From Acidimicrobiales bacterium (GTDB lineage: Bacteria; Actinomycetota; Acidimicrobiia; Acidimicrobiales; SZUA-35): a stretch of 64,000 bases of DNA. The notes under the pieces were generated by a model. The model searched no databases, had not been told where the DNA came from, and saw only the letters and a program-made list of their open reading frames with translations. Both the position numbers and the translations under genes were made by a program. Location of the stretch: assembly GCA_020628305.1 (NCBI GenBank), contig JAHDFH010000004.1:1727-65726 (forward strand), given 5' to 3'. The first letter of the stretch is position 1; every line of letters begins with the position of its first letter. This document shows, piece by piece, positions 1 to 13,555 of the stretch.

Positions 1-3695
<3,695 letters not shown>

Positions 3696-3797
3696 CTATC
3701 AGTCCGTCAGCAATTTGCAGGCGATACGCACGGGTAAAAACCAGCTCCAGAAGCGCCTTTTCTAAGGGTTGTCCCGACTATTTTTGGGGCAGGGCAT

Positions 3798-4091
3798 TCA
3801 GTGCAAAATTGCCCGCACGCTTGTAATCTCTTCGGGTGCGAAACGCTTACCAAACTCTTCACAGATTTGAGTCTCCATCCACGAGATCTGCGAACTCCAC
3901 GCTGGTTCTGAGCATACAACTGTTAGCTCAGCATCAATAACAGAAACAGGCGAAGTTACTCCCCCAAGCGCCGGACCGACGATGCTTGACCATTCATCGG
4001 ACAATCGAGTTATCACGCTGATGGGCGGGGCCCCCAGATTCTGAAAGAATCTCTCCAAGCTGTGGGCCAAGGGCGTAATATCATCAGCCAT
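3798..4091 (-). CDS. DUF721/DciA-like small protein, conserved between recF and gyrB in Actinobacteria
   Basis: 97-aa ORF overlapping the recF stop by 8 nt. The position recF-X-gyrB is conserved in actinobacterial origin regions. Confidence 0.6.
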   Translation of the reverse strand: MADDITPLAHSLERFFQNLGAPPISVITRLSDEWSSIVGPALGGVTSPVSVIDAELTVVCSEPAWSSQISWMETQICEEFGKRFAPEEITSVRAILH

Positions 4092-5163
4092 GGTCCGCCT
4101 CTGAAAGGCTATCGAACTCAGTTATAACGTTGTCAGGCACTACGAGATTCGGGATCTCGGTCGCAGAAGTGATTAATGTTTGCCCCTTTGGCAGGTTGTT
4201 TAGTAAGCCAACTGCTCTGTCGTCGTCCAACTCCGACAACACATCATCTAACAATAGAAGTGGAGGTTCTCCTAAACGTTGGAATAACAGCTGGTGCGCT
4301 GCAACCTTAAGTGACAGGGCAAGACTTCGTTGTTCACCTTGCGACGCTTCATTTCGGGATTCAAAGCCGTTCAGAGTGATTAGCAACTCATCCCTGTGTG
4401 GACCTTGTGTGGTTACTTTTCGTCTGATGTCTAACTCTCTAGCTTTCTGTACAGCCTCGAATAGCTCCCCATCCCAAGACTGTTGATAAGCAAGACCCAC
4501 TACCTGGTCTGTAGTGGTTAATCGCTGATATGCCTGGTTGATGAGAGGTACTAGATCCGCCACCAAACTTCTGCGGAGCGCTACAACTTTCTCTCCGGTT
4601 TCGGCGAAACGTTTATCCCAAACATCAAGTGTGGCCAGCTCGCCTTCATCAGGTTTATATGAGATCTGCTTAAGCAGCGAATTACGCTGTTTAAGAGTCC
4701 TATCTAAGCTTGAGAAAGTGGGTTCTAGATTTGGATCTAAAGCTAGTGCTAAATCGTCAAGATATTCTCTTCTCCCAGAAGGACCTTCTTTGATAAGCAT
4801 CAGATCATCTGGTGCGAAAACTGTTACCTGTAACGCTCCAAGTAGGTCCTTGGTTCTCTTCAGCACCTGTTTATTGACTAGGACTTTTGAACGCCCTGAG
4901 GATATTTCTGCCTCAATAAGAACTTCTCTTCCTTGACGCTCACCAATTGCTCGGATCACAGCTGACTGAGTTCCTTTGGCTATCAGGTTAGCTGTGGGCG
5001 CACCCCTAAAGGACTTTAAACGAGAGAGGTAACAGATTGCTTCAACAATATTGGTTTTGCCTATCCCGTTCGGCCCGACTACAACATTGAGTCCTTCAGC
5101 GAGGTAAAATTGCGCATCGGAATAGGAACGAAAATTGTGCAGTGACAACTGCCTGATGATCAT
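4084..5163 (-). CDS. recF: DNA replication and repair protein RecF
   Basis: Walker A GPNGIGKTNIVEAI, SMC-like signature SQGEQRSLALSLK, Walker B LLLLDDVLSELD; dnaN-recF synteny. Confidence 0.95.
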   Translation of the reverse strand: MIIRQLSLHNFRSYSDAQFYLAEGLNVVVGPNGIGKTNIVEAICYLSRLKSFRGAPTANLIAKGTQSAVIRAIGERQGREVLIEAEISSGRSKVLVNKQVLKRTKDLLGALQVTVFAPDDLMLIKEGPSGRREYLDDLALALDPNLEPTFSSLDRTLKQRNSLLKQISYKPDEGELATLDVWDKRFAETGEKVVALRRSLVADLVPLINQAYQRLTTTDQVVGLAYQQSWDGELFEAVQKARELDIRRKVTTQGPHRDELLITLNGFESRNEASQGEQRSLALSLKVAAHQLLFQRLGEPPLLLLDDVLSELDDDRAVGLLNNLPKGQTLITSATEIPNLVVPDNVITEFDSLSEADHG

Positions 5164-5167
5164 CTAT

Positions 5168-6253
5168 TTACGAGACTCGTACTGGCATCAATAGATAAAG
5201 AAGTTCTTCAACTCCAACTGAGTGAATTAGAGCTGGTTTAAGCTCATCAATGGTCGACAGAGTGATCTCTTCTCCTGGGGTGACTTCGATGCCTTCCAGT
5301 AAATACTGTGGATTGAATGCAACAGTTAGATCAGACCCTTCGTAGGTCCCTTCAATGGATTCCCTTGCAGTCCCTACGTCTTGGGTTACCGCTATCATCT
5401 CAGTACCTTCTGAGGACATCTCTAGTCGCACTGGTGTAGACTCCCGGGCAAGCAGTTTAACTCTTCGCAGGGTTTCCAAGAATTCACTTCTATTGACCTT
5501 CAAGGTATTCGGATGGCTCTCTGGGATCAGCCCTCTGTAATTTGGAAATTCACCGTCTATGAGTCTTGTAACAAGCTTTACGTCGCCTACTTCGAATGCT
5601 GCTTCTGTCTCACCGAGCTGAACTTGTACCTTCTCGCTCTTATCTAGAACTCGATTCAACTCGCCAAGAGCTTTTGAGGGGATGAGTACACTTTGCCCTT
5701 GCCGAAGTACCGCAGCGTTAGGAATATCACGCATTGCTAAACGGTAAGAATCGGTGGCGACGAGTCTAAAGCCTTCTCCTTCGGCTGCTAACAAAACGCC
5801 TGTAAGGATTGGTCTTGAATCATCTGAGCTTGCTGCTAGAACTACTTGCTTAAGAGATTCTGCTAAATCCTCTGAAGCGAGGGTGAACGTCTCTGAATCT
5901 AGCGGCTTTAGATGAGGGAACTCATCACTTGTAATAAGCCGGATGCTAAATTCACTCCGTCCAGACTGGATAAGTAGAGAATCTTCAGATACTTCTAACT
6001 CAACTCCGCCAGGCTTTATAGCTTTCACAATCTCAGCGGCTAGACGGGCGGGAATAACAGCTGTTCCATTTTCTGTTCCAGAGACCTGAGATGTGACTGC
6101 AATTGTCAAATCGCGATCTGTGCCAGTAAGGGTCAACTGATTGCCCTCTAGGCTGGCCTGAATGCCGGATAAACCTGGGAGATTCTTACTTACGGCTCTT
6201 CCAGCAGTACTGAGCGCTTCAACCAGAACATCTCTTTCGCATTTAAATTTCAT
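5168..6253 (-). CDS. dnaN: DNA polymerase III beta sliding clamp
   Basis: 361 aa, MKF.CERD..L N-terminus and three-domain clamp length; sits between dnaA and recF. Confidence 0.95.
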   Translation of the reverse strand: MKFKCERDVLVEALSTAGRAVSKNLPGLSGIQASLEGNQLTLTGTDRDLTIAVTSQVSGTENGTAVIPARLAAEIVKAIKPGGVELEVSEDSLLIQSGRSEFSIRLITSDEFPHLKPLDSETFTLASEDLAESLKQVVLAASSDDSRPILTGVLLAAEGEGFRLVATDSYRLAMRDIPNAAVLRQGQSVLIPSKALGELNRVLDKSEKVQVQLGETEAAFEVGDVKLVTRLIDGEFPNYRGLIPESHPNTLKVNRSEFLETLRRVKLLARESTPVRLEMSSEGTEMIAVTQDVGTARESIEGTYEGSDLTVAFNPQYLLEGIEVTPGEEITLSTIDELKPALIHSVGVEELLYLLMPVRVS

Positions 6254-6608
6254 TGCATCCTCGGAGCTCTTGATTAGAGAAAGTTGTCTATGGCAGCTAG
6301 CTTAGCCAATAGATACGACTTTTGCCTGGGCGACACGGAAAGAATTCGCCTTACAAGCGTGTAATTTGGGCCTTGGGGCAATCCCGGGTTCCACACAATC
6401 TCTAACTTTTTCTTTTAAACAAAACTAGGTTAAGTAATAGGGGCTGTGGATTGTGGATAAGCGATAAAATCTCATACGCCGAAGCGGAATGTTTTTCCAG
6501 AGGTTCTGTGCTGTAACTCACAGAGTAACAAAGATGTAATTCTTGTCCTGTGGACTTCTCCAAACTTATCCACTGATAGTTAGAGCTAATTCACAGCCTT
6601 ATTCGACC
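6254..6608. promoter_or_regulatory. Candidate oriC (dnaA-dnaN intergenic region) with a DnaA-box cluster and an AT-rich stretch
   Basis: Perfect TTATCCACA (reverse strand) at 6452-6460. Near-boxes at 6445-6453 (CAATCCACA rc), 6549-6557 (AAGTCCACA rc), 6566-6574 (TTATCCACT) and 6387-6395 (GGTTCCACA). AT-rich tctaactttttcttttaaacaaaactaggttaagtaatag at 6401-6440. Gene strand switches here. Confidence 0.75.
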
Positions 6609-8051
6609 TTATTCCCCAGAATCTGCCAAGTTATGCACAGCTTTTTCCAGTGTTGTTACATGGTTGTAAATCTGAGAACGCTCTTTCATGAGAGCAGCGA
6701 TCTTGTCACAAGCGTGAATGACAGTTGTATGATCTCGGCCACCGAATTCTCTGGCAATCATAGGAAAGCTAAGATCTGTCATTTGCCTACCCAGATACAT
6801 AGCAACTTGGCGGGCAATCACTAAAGGCCGGCGCCGACTCTTGCCTTTTAGATCTTCCAAACTGAATCCAAAGTGTTGATGAGTGGCTTCGATGATCATT
6901 TCGATCGTAATTGGCTTGGGTTGCCGATTAGCGATAAAGTCGCCTAACACAGTTTCGGCAAGCTCTACGGTTAGCGGCTGGTGATTTAGGTTCGAATGAG
7001 CAGCGACCTTATTCAACGCTCCTTCTAATTCTCGAATGTTAGTAATGATATTCGATGCGATAAATTCACTAACATCTCGTGGCAGTTCAATTCCGTCATT
7101 GTCAGATTTCTTCTGCAAAATGGCCATACGAGTCTCTATGTCAGGTGGTTGGATATCGGTCAGCAGTCCCATCATAAATCGGCTCTTTAGACGGTCTTCC
7201 AGAGTAGGAATTGCATCCGGTGGTCTGTCTGAAGAGAGCACAATCTGCTTATCAGCAGCGTATAGATCATTGAAAGTGTGGAAAAGCTCTTCCTGGAGTC
7301 GGTCTTTACCTTCAATGAACTGTATGTCATCTATGAGGAGAACATCAATTTTTCTGTATCTGCTCTTAAAATCGTTACCGGATGCGTTCTTAATGGAGTC
7401 AACAAACTCATTTAGGAAGGTTTCAGTGGAAACGTAAAGAACGGTCAGTCTTGGGTAGACATCTTGGATGTAGCTTTCAACGGCTTTGAGGATGTGAGTC
7501 TTCCCCAGACCAGCGCTTCCATAAATAAACAAGGGGTTATAAGAGGCTCCAGGTCGTTCTGCAACGGATAGAGCCGCCGCATGAGCAAAGCGGTTCGATT
7601 GACCAATGACAAAGGTGTCGAAGGTATAGCGCCCACCCTCTGAAATGACTGAGGCCTGTGTGCTGTTACTCTCAGCAGATGGCTCATATTGCTGAGGAAC
7701 TATCTCAATCACTGGTTCGGGGCTGTCAAGATCAATTGACTCCTCCAAATTTTGATCAAAGAGCGTCGGCACTATCGTCTCAAACTTCACTTTCAGAGCC
7801 TTGCCATTGGCTTCAGCGATGGCCTCTTCAACAAAAGGTCTGTACTTTCCATCGAGCTTGTCTCGAATAATTCCGTTAGGTAAACCAATGGTGAAGTCTT
7901 TATTGGTCATCGAAACGGCTTTGGCTTGAGCGAACGTGCTTTGCCAGATACCGTCAGAATACTGGCTTCGCAGCAACTCCGAAGCACTTTTCCACAGATC
8001 TTGGGCGTCTGTGGAAGCTGAATCAATAGAATTTGTGGGAGTTTTCCCCAT
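6609..8051 (-). CDS. dnaA: Chromosomal replication initiator DnaA
   Basis: AAA+ Walker A GSAGLGKTHIL, LLIDDIQF, C-terminal DNA-binding domain (..DHTTVIHACDKI). The ORF track starts at TTG 8060; the ATG at 8051-8049 (MGKTPTN) is the more likely start. Confidence 0.96.
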   Translation of the reverse strand: MGKTPTNSIDSASTDAQDLWKSASELLRSQYSDGIWQSTFAQAKAVSMTNKDFTIGLPNGIIRDKLDGKYRPFVEEAIAEANGKALKVKFETIVPTLFDQNLEESIDLDSPEPVIEIVPQQYEPSAESNSTQASVISEGGRYTFDTFVIGQSNRFAHAAALSVAERPGASYNPLFIYGSAGLGKTHILKAVESYIQDVYPRLTVLYVSTETFLNEFVDSIKNASGNDFKSRYRKIDVLLIDDIQFIEGKDRLQEELFHTFNDLYAADKQIVLSSDRPPDAIPTLEDRLKSRFMMGLLTDIQPPDIETRMAILQKKSDNDGIELPRDVSEFIASNIITNIRELEGALNKVAAHSNLNHQPLTVELAETVLGDFIANRQPKPITIEMIIEATHQHFGFSLEDLKGKSRRRPLVIARQVAMYLGRQMTDLSFPMIAREFGGRDHTTVIHACDKIAALMKERSQIYNHVTTLEKAVHNLADSGE

Positions 8052-8135
8052 TTTCCACAACCTTTTCCACTGTTTGTTGGCGGAATCAAGAACCTAGCAT
8101 GTCTAGCAGACGAGGTCATCTAAAACTGTGGAAAA
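8051..8135. promoter_or_regulatory. DnaA-box-like sites in the dnaA upstream region (autoregulation candidates)
   Basis: TTTTCCACA at 8051-8059, TTTTCCACT at 8063-8071, TGTGGAAAA (rc TTTTCCACA) at 8127-8135. Confidence 0.5.
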
Positions 8136-8265
8136 GTTGGGTTTAGAGATACTGCTATTAGCCTTGGTAGTCGGCAACAGTTTATTTTTGTTGTCTGTAG
8201 TTTGGATCGTCGTTGGTCGCCTTTGTTAGTTACCCGAGACCACGACCTAGATAACGGAGTGAAAA

Positions 8266-8400
8266 GTGAAACGCACGTTTCAGCCAAAGAACCGCAAGCG
8301 TTCTAAGAAGCATGGATTTAGAAAGCGTTCAGCCAGCCGTGCAGGCCGCAAGGTTTTGGCGGCTCGACGCAAAAAGGGTCGTCATAAAATAAGCGCGTGA
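8266..8400 (+). CDS. rpmH: 50S ribosomal protein L34
   Basis: Too short for the ORF track. GTG 8266 gives [44 protein letters not shown] (44 aa), a textbook L34. The stop overlaps the rnpA GTG (GTGA). Confidence 0.95.
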   Translation: MKRTFQPKNRKRSKKHGFRKRSASRAGRKVLAARRKKGRHKISA

Positions 8401-8729
8401 TTGCTTCGATCTCGACCTCTGCAACCTTTAAGAGGCTGGAATCAGAAGGCACTAAGCTATCGGCTGACTCGCTCAGTTTTGTTTGCGTACCTAATGACTC
8501 CAATCAAATCGAGATCGCTTTTGCAATTGGACGAAAATTTGGCAACGCCGTGAAGCGAAACAGGGCCAGACGAAGAATCAAAGAGGCGCTTAGAGTAGTG
8601 GTTCGAGATCAACAAGTCATCAAGCCAGTTTCTGTTTTAGTATTAGCAAGTCCCAAGATTCAGAAACTTTCATTTGAACAACTAGTTGTACAAGTGGAAG
8701 GAATCTATAAAAGGATTCCACAGAGTTAA
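8397..8729 (+). CDS. rnpA: Ribonuclease P protein component
   Basis: 110 aa, basic, [16 protein letters not shown] (RNR motif); rpmH-rnpA synteny. Confidence 0.9.
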   Translation: MIASISTSATFKRLESEGTKLSADSLSFVCVPNDSNQIEIAFAIGRKFGNAVKRNRARRRIKEALRVVVRDQQVIKPVSVLVLASPKIQKLSFEQLVVQVEGIYKRIPQS

Positions 8730-8731
8730 CG

Positions 8732-8953
8732 ATGAAAAGTATCATTTTAAAAGTTATCAATCTGTACTCTGCGTATTCAGCGACCAAGCCGGCCCGCTGC
8801 CGTTTTTATCCGAGTTGTTCACAGTTTTGTAGACAGGCTGTGGAGAATCACGGCGCTATGAGAGGCCTTTTCCTCTCCCTAAAGCGGTTTCTACGTTGTA
8901 ATCCCTTTGGATCGTTCGGAATTGATCCAGTACCAGAAAAGAAGTTAGGTTAA
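8732..8953 (+). CDS. yidD: Membrane protein insertion efficiency factor YidD
   Basis: 73 aa with C..YPSCSQF..A....G motifs; located between rnpA and yidC. Confidence 0.9.
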   Translation: MKSIILKVINLYSAYSATKPARCRFYPSCSQFCRQAVENHGAMRGLFLSLKRFLRCNPFGSFGIDPVPEKKLG

Positions 8954-9994
8954 ATGTTCACAAACATCGCAGATTTTTTTCTAGAAGGAGTGGCTGGAGC
9001 CCTAGCAATTTTCTACTCCCTCCCTGTCGTTGGGGGCAATTACGGTTTAGCGATAATCATGTTGACGCTGGTGATCATGGTACTTTTGATGCCACTTACG
9101 CTTAAAGCGACCAGGTCGACCATTAAGATGGCCCAAATGCAGCCGAAACTAAAGGCTTTGCAGAAAAAATACAAAGACGATCGCATGACCATGAATGCCG
9201 AAGTGATGGCTTTGTACAAGGAGCACAATATTTCTCCAGTTGGAGGCTGTTTACCAATCATTGCTCAGATGCCGGTTTTTCTCATCCTATTTAACGTGCT
9301 GCGGGGAATCACTAGAAGAGTAGAAGATCTCCCCTTCTATGGCATCTCTGATCAAGCTTGGAACTCTGCTGGGGGTGCCTACAGCGGCAAGACTTTCGCT
9401 CCCAACTATCTGGACCCTTCAACTGATCTCTATCAGGACCTCTCCCAAGATGTGTCAATGGACTTCGGTCCACTAGATCTGGGCGAGCAAGCTTGGGATG
9501 TACTGCAGTCAGATTTCGTCGGTGCGCTCCCCTACATCCTGCTGATTCTCTTTGTGGTGGGCTCTTCTTACTACCAGCAGCGCCAGGTGCAGGCCAGACG
9601 ATCAGATAATATTGCGATTAACCCGCAACAGCAGATGTTGATGAGAGTACTTCCTCTCCTAAGTGGTATTTGGGGCTTTATCTTTCCAGCTGGATTGGTT
9701 CTTTACTGGGCGACTTCAAACGGGTTTAGAGTTGGTCAACAGGCATATATCACTCGTTCTATTTATTCCAAGCAAGAAGCAATCGCCCCAGAAGTAGCGC
9801 TTGACGATGATGATTTAGCAGATGAGGCCGAAGAAGTTGAAGATTCAACTGAAGGACTTTCTGAAAGAGAACTCCAGTGGGCTAACCGCAGGAAAGCCAA
9901 GGCAAACAAAGCCAAAGCAAAACGCAAACCAAGTGGTACCGGGTCGTCACGAACAACCCCTAAAGGTACCCAATCACAGAAAAGTAAGAGGTAA
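8954..9994 (+). CDS. yidC: Membrane protein insertase YidC with a basic C-terminal tail
   Basis: 346 aa, polytopic, PLT.K....M..LQP....L.KKYKDD and GGCLP...Q.PVF motifs, Lys-rich tail. Confidence 0.92.
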   Translation: MFTNIADFFLEGVAGALAIFYSLPVVGGNYGLAIIMLTLVIMVLLMPLTLKATRSTIKMAQMQPKLKALQKKYKDDRMTMNAEVMALYKEHNISPVGGCLPIIAQMPVFLILFNVLRGITRRVEDLPFYGISDQAWNSAGGAYSGKTFAPNYLDPSTDLYQDLSQDVSMDFGPLDLGEQAWDVLQSDFVGALPYILLILFVVGSSYYQQRQVQARRSDNIAINPQQQMLMRVLPLLSGIWGFIFPAGLVLYWATSNGFRVGQQAYITRSIYSKQEAIAPEVALDDDDLADEAEEVEDSTEGLSERELQWANRRKAKANKAKAKRKPSGTGSSRTTPKGTQSQKSKR

Positions 9995-9999
9995 ATAAA

Positions 10000-10812
10000 G
10001 TGACATGGATTACAACAACCGCAAAGTCTTTGCCAGAGGCAATTGATTTAGCACTAGACAATCTTGGCGTCGATGAATCCGAGGCAGAGATCGTGGTAGT
10101 AGAAGAGCCAAAGCAGGGTTTCTTTGGTCGTGCTAAAGGAATCGCAAAAGTAGAGGCAAGAGTAAAGCCAAAGCAGGTTCGCAATAAGCAAGACCGCAAG
10201 CGTCGTCAGAACAATCGCCCAAGCAATAAGAACTCTGGCTTAAAGCCACAGAAGGGCGCTAAGAGCAATGCTCCTAAACCAGCCTCACCGAGAAAGAACC
10301 CTAAGCAACGCCAAGACAAGCCTGCTGCTGACCGACCAGCGCCTGATACCCCAATCGAAGAGGTATCAGATTTTCTCAAACAATACATGGTCGGCTTGTC
10401 AGAAGCATTCGGTATTGATGACAACGTTGCGGTTAAAGGTGACGCCGAAGCCGGTCTTACCGTGTCTCTTGAGGGCCAACACGGACTTCTAGTGGGTCAA
10501 AAAGGTCGCACGCTCAACGCTATTCAGGAGCTAGTTAGAGTTTCTACACAACGCTCTAAGCCAAGTGAATACCGGATCTACGTCGATGTTGGGGGCTACA
10601 GGGAAAAGCGTCGTGAGGCTCTGTCAAAGTTTGCACTGGATGCTGCTGAGAAAGCCAAAGCAGAAGGGATTGAGGTTGTTCTTGATCCAATGCCATCTGC
10701 TGACCGTAAGGTTATACACGACGCATTGAATGATGATCCTGAGGTAGAGACACGGTCAGCCGGTGTTGAACCCCGTCGTAAGGTTGTGGTCGTTCCAGTA
10801 GAGAATAACTAA
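10000..10812 (+). CDS. Jag/KhpB-type RNA-binding protein (Jag_N, KH, R3H) with a long basic Lys/Pro-rich linker
   Basis: N-terminal Jag_N-like segment, C-terminal KH/R3H (..GYREKRREAL..L.PM...DRKVIHDAL); yidC-jag-rsmG synteny. Confidence 0.85.
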   Translation: MTWITTTAKSLPEAIDLALDNLGVDESEAEIVVVEEPKQGFFGRAKGIAKVEARVKPKQVRNKQDRKRRQNNRPSNKNSGLKPQKGAKSNAPKPASPRKNPKQRQDKPAADRPAPDTPIEEVSDFLKQYMVGLSEAFGIDDNVAVKGDAEAGLTVSLEGQHGLLVGQKGRTLNAIQELVRVSTQRSKPSEYRIYVDVGGYREKRREALSKFALDAAEKAKAEGIEVVLDPMPSADRKVIHDALNDDPEVETRSAGVEPRRKVVVVPVENN

Positions 10813-10816
10813 CTAA

Positions 10817-11404
10817 TTGGCTCCGCTCGAGCAAGTTCTACACAGAGCTAAGGAGCTCGGCTTCTTTGGTCCGGCTCCGATAGATGAGCAGATAGCTCAT
10901 GCAATGATATTTGCTGAGCATCTGCCGCGAGCTAGTGCCAAGATCGCTGACATTGGTGCGGGCGGAGGTCTCCCCTCGCTTCCACTGCTTGTCAGCAACA
11001 CAGAACTAAGGGCGACTCTAATTGATACGAACGAGCGCCGCTGCTCTTTCTTGGCTTGGGCGATTGTCGAACTAGATCTGGCCGAGCGTACGTCAGTCGA
11101 ACTCGCCAGGGCCGAAGAATTGGGCAAAGATGGAGGCTTCCGGGAACAGTTCGATGTCGTAATTGCCCGTGGCTTTGGTCCTCCAGCGATAACCCTCGAG
11201 TGCGCTGCCCCCTTGGTAAGTTTGGGTGGACGGGTTGTCATTAGTGAACCCCCGGAATCTAGACAGTGGCCGAGCAAAGAGCTAGCTTCGATAGGCCTTG
11301 AGTTTGAGTACTCTAACAACTGTGCAGTGTTCAATAAGGTGGACAGCTCTGATGAGCAAAGCCCCAGAAACTTTCGAACAATGCAGAGGCACCCGATTTT
11401 CTGA
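10817..11404 (+). CDS. rsmG: 16S rRNA (guanine527-N7)-methyltransferase RsmG (GidB)
   Basis: SAM-binding IADIGAGGGLPSLPL, D.V.ARG motif; synteny upstream of parAB. Confidence 0.9.
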   Translation: MAPLEQVLHRAKELGFFGPAPIDEQIAHAMIFAEHLPRASAKIADIGAGGGLPSLPLLVSNTELRATLIDTNERRCSFLAWAIVELDLAERTSVELARAEELGKDGGFREQFDVVIARGFGPPAITLECAAPLVSLGGRVVISEPPESRQWPSKELASIGLEFEYSNNCAVFNKVDSSDEQSPRNFRTMQRHPIF

Positions 11405-11470
11405 GACGGATACTGTTGGCTAAACACGTTTCTGGTGAAAGATTCCTATTGGTCAATGTAGGATAGTTGG

Positions 11471-12286
11471 GTGCATGATCCGCTTACTACTCAGACCCAT
11501 GATGGCAACAGTCAGCAGCCTTGTCGGATCATTGCTGTGGCCAATCAAAAAGGCGGAGTTGGAAAAACCACAACCGCTGTTTCAGTAGCGGCTGCAGCAG
11601 CAGAGTTGAACAAGCGAGTTTTACTTGTGGACCTGGATCCCCAAAGTAACGCAACGACCGGCTCAGGTCTTGACCCGCAGACCATTGAGGCTTCCATGTA
11701 TCACGTGCTTTTGCACGAGCTTCCAATGGATGATGTCGTTCAAGCAACAACAGTTAAGAATCTTTTCATCGCCCCATCTTCAATGCAGCTCGCTGGCGCA
11801 GAGATGGAACTGGTTTCTGCTTTCTCCAGAGAGACTAAGCTACGGGTGGCGTTAGATAAAGTTTCATCAGATTACGACCTCGTGATTATCGACTGTCCCC
11901 CATCTCTGGGGCTCATCACCATAAATGCCCTGACAGCAACGAAGCACGTGCTGGTTCCTATACAGTGCGAGTACTTTGCGCTTGAAGGTGTTGGGCAGTT
12001 GATTAGGAACATAGATCTAGTCAAACGTAACCTCAATCCGGAGCTTGAACTAGCTCACGTTGTGCTTGTGATGTTCGATGGTAGAACCAACTTGGCTAAT
12101 CAAGTTGTTGACGAGGTACGTCAACACTTTGGTGACCGAGTCTGTCGTACTGTAATTCCCCGCTCGATAAAGCTTTCGGAAGCGCCTGCCCATGGCTTGC
12201 CAATCACTGTGTTCGATACCGATTCTCGAGGAGCTGCCGCATACAGGTCGTTAGCTGCGGAACTTTTGGAGGAACCACATGGATGA
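11471..12286 (+). CDS. parA: Chromosome partitioning ATPase ParA (Soj)
   Basis: Deviant Walker A ANQKGGVGKTTTA, DLDPQ.N.T, IDCPPSLG, IPRS.K..EAP. Confidence 0.95.
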   Translation: MHDPLTTQTHDGNSQQPCRIIAVANQKGGVGKTTTAVSVAAAAAELNKRVLLVDLDPQSNATTGSGLDPQTIEASMYHVLLHELPMDDVVQATTVKNLFIAPSSMQLAGAEMELVSAFSRETKLRVALDKVSSDYDLVIIDCPPSLGLITINALTATKHVLVPIQCEYFALEGVGQLIRNIDLVKRNLNPELELAHVVLVMFDGRTNLANQVVDEVRQHFGDRVCRTVIPRSIKLSEAPAHGLPITVFDTDSRGAAAYRSLAAELLEEPHG

Positions 12287-13145
12287 CGCATTAAGAGACT
12301 TATTAGACCTAACAGAGAAGGATGGCTCAAATATTGAGCTCGTAGAGCGGGAGTTACGAAGTATCCCAGTCGGAGACATCTCCCCCAACTCTTATCAACC
12401 CCGACGGAACTTCGACGAAGATGAGCTTTCATCACTCGCAGCTAGCATTACCGAAGTTGGCGTGCTCCAGCCGATTCTTGTCCGGCCCAACTCCGATAGT
12501 ACATATGAACTCATAGCTGGTGAGAGGCGTTGGAGGGCAGCAACACGAGCTGGGCTAGCCGAAATCCCAGCCGTTGTCGGAGAGTATAGAGATCTAGATT
12601 CCTTTGAACAGGCGATTGTGGAAAATCTGCACCGTAGTGATCTCAACCCCTTAGAAGAGGCACGAGCTTACAAAAAGTTGTCTGATGAGTTTGGCATGAC
12701 ACACGTTGAGATTGCGAAGCGAATGGGGAAGTCCAGACCGTCGATAGTCAATGCAATCAGACTTCTTAATCTTCCAGCCGAAGTCCTGGCCTTACTTGAG
12801 GCTGGAGATCTCAGCGCCGGCCATGCACGTACGGTGCTGGCTATAGATGACCCGCTCGAACAACTCCACTTGGCGAACTTGGCGATTCGCAAAGGCCTAA
12901 GCGTTAGAGCGCTTGAGAACGAAGTACGCCGGCTGCTCAGGGCTGAAGTTGCTGGCAATAGCGCTACAGGACAGGCCAAACCCAACTTTGGACATCTTGA
13001 GGTAGAAGAACGCATCTCAGAACACCTACAGACCAAGGTTAAGGTTGAAGGGGGAGCGTCAAAAGGGCGGATCACCATAGAGTTTGCCGACACAGTTGAC
13101 CTGGCCAGAATTTTCGAGCTGATCGTACCCCGCCAAGCCCCCTAG
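12279..13145 (+). CDS. parB: Chromosome partitioning protein ParB (Spo0J)
   Basis: ParB boxes: I.PN..QPRR.F, GVLQPILVR, IAGERRWRAA; HTH segment HVEIAKRMGKSRPSIVNAIRLL. 8-nt overlap with parA. Confidence 0.95.
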   Translation: MDDALRDLLDLTEKDGSNIELVERELRSIPVGDISPNSYQPRRNFDEDELSSLAASITEVGVLQPILVRPNSDSTYELIAGERRWRAATRAGLAEIPAVVGEYRDLDSFEQAIVENLHRSDLNPLEEARAYKKLSDEFGMTHVEIAKRMGKSRPSIVNAIRLLNLPAEVLALLEAGDLSAGHARTVLAIDDPLEQLHLANLAIRKGLSVRALENEVRRLLRAEVAGNSATGQAKPNFGHLEVEERISEHLQTKVKVEGGASKGRITIEFADTVDLARIFELIVPRQAP

Positions 13146-13473
13146 AGTTACTCGCTCCAGATCTTTCCTGGTAGATCTCCGCTGTGGGGATCTGTCTAAC
13201 GAAGCATGTCCCTCGTCTGACCCAATTGCCCCAACATTTTCCCGAATAGACATCGTTTAGGCGAGTCAATAGCCCTCCATCACCCGCGATAGCTGCATCA
13301 ATAGCCGATCCAGCCCCCAGCGTGGCCAAATCGCCCCGAACTGCAGTGAATTGTGACACACAGCCATCTCGACCCCTGGTCGCTGGATCCATATCTCGAC
13401 ACCGTCAGTCAACCTCAGGAAATCTTAAGAGCTGTTACATCTAGGTTCGCTTTCAAGCCCTTAAAAGGCGGAC

Positions 13474-13506
13474 GCGATCTCCCAGTGGCCGGCACTGGGA
13501 GATCGC
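13474..13506. repeat. Perfect 14-bp-stem palindrome (gcgatctcccagtg-gccgg-cactgggagatcgc)
   Basis: Read directly. The arms are exact reverse complements. No T-tract follows, so this is not a classic terminator. Confidence 0.9.
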
Positions 13507-13555
13507 AAGCGTTCCTTCGAGGGATCCCGGCAAGATCCATGCGGTAAGGCCCTTG

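Noticed and set aside
11419-11432. A palindrome-like aaacacgtttc upstream of parA as a parS site.
   Set aside because: The half-site order is inverted relative to parS (GTTTCAC-GTGAAAC), and it matches poorly when aligned.
13059-13547. ORFs 13059-13253(-), 13072-13392(-) and 13353-13547(+) in the post-parB leader.
   Set aside because: They overlap the parB 3' end or one another, have no ribosome-binding context and give an odd composition. The region is treated as non-coding, although a decayed gene cannot be excluded.
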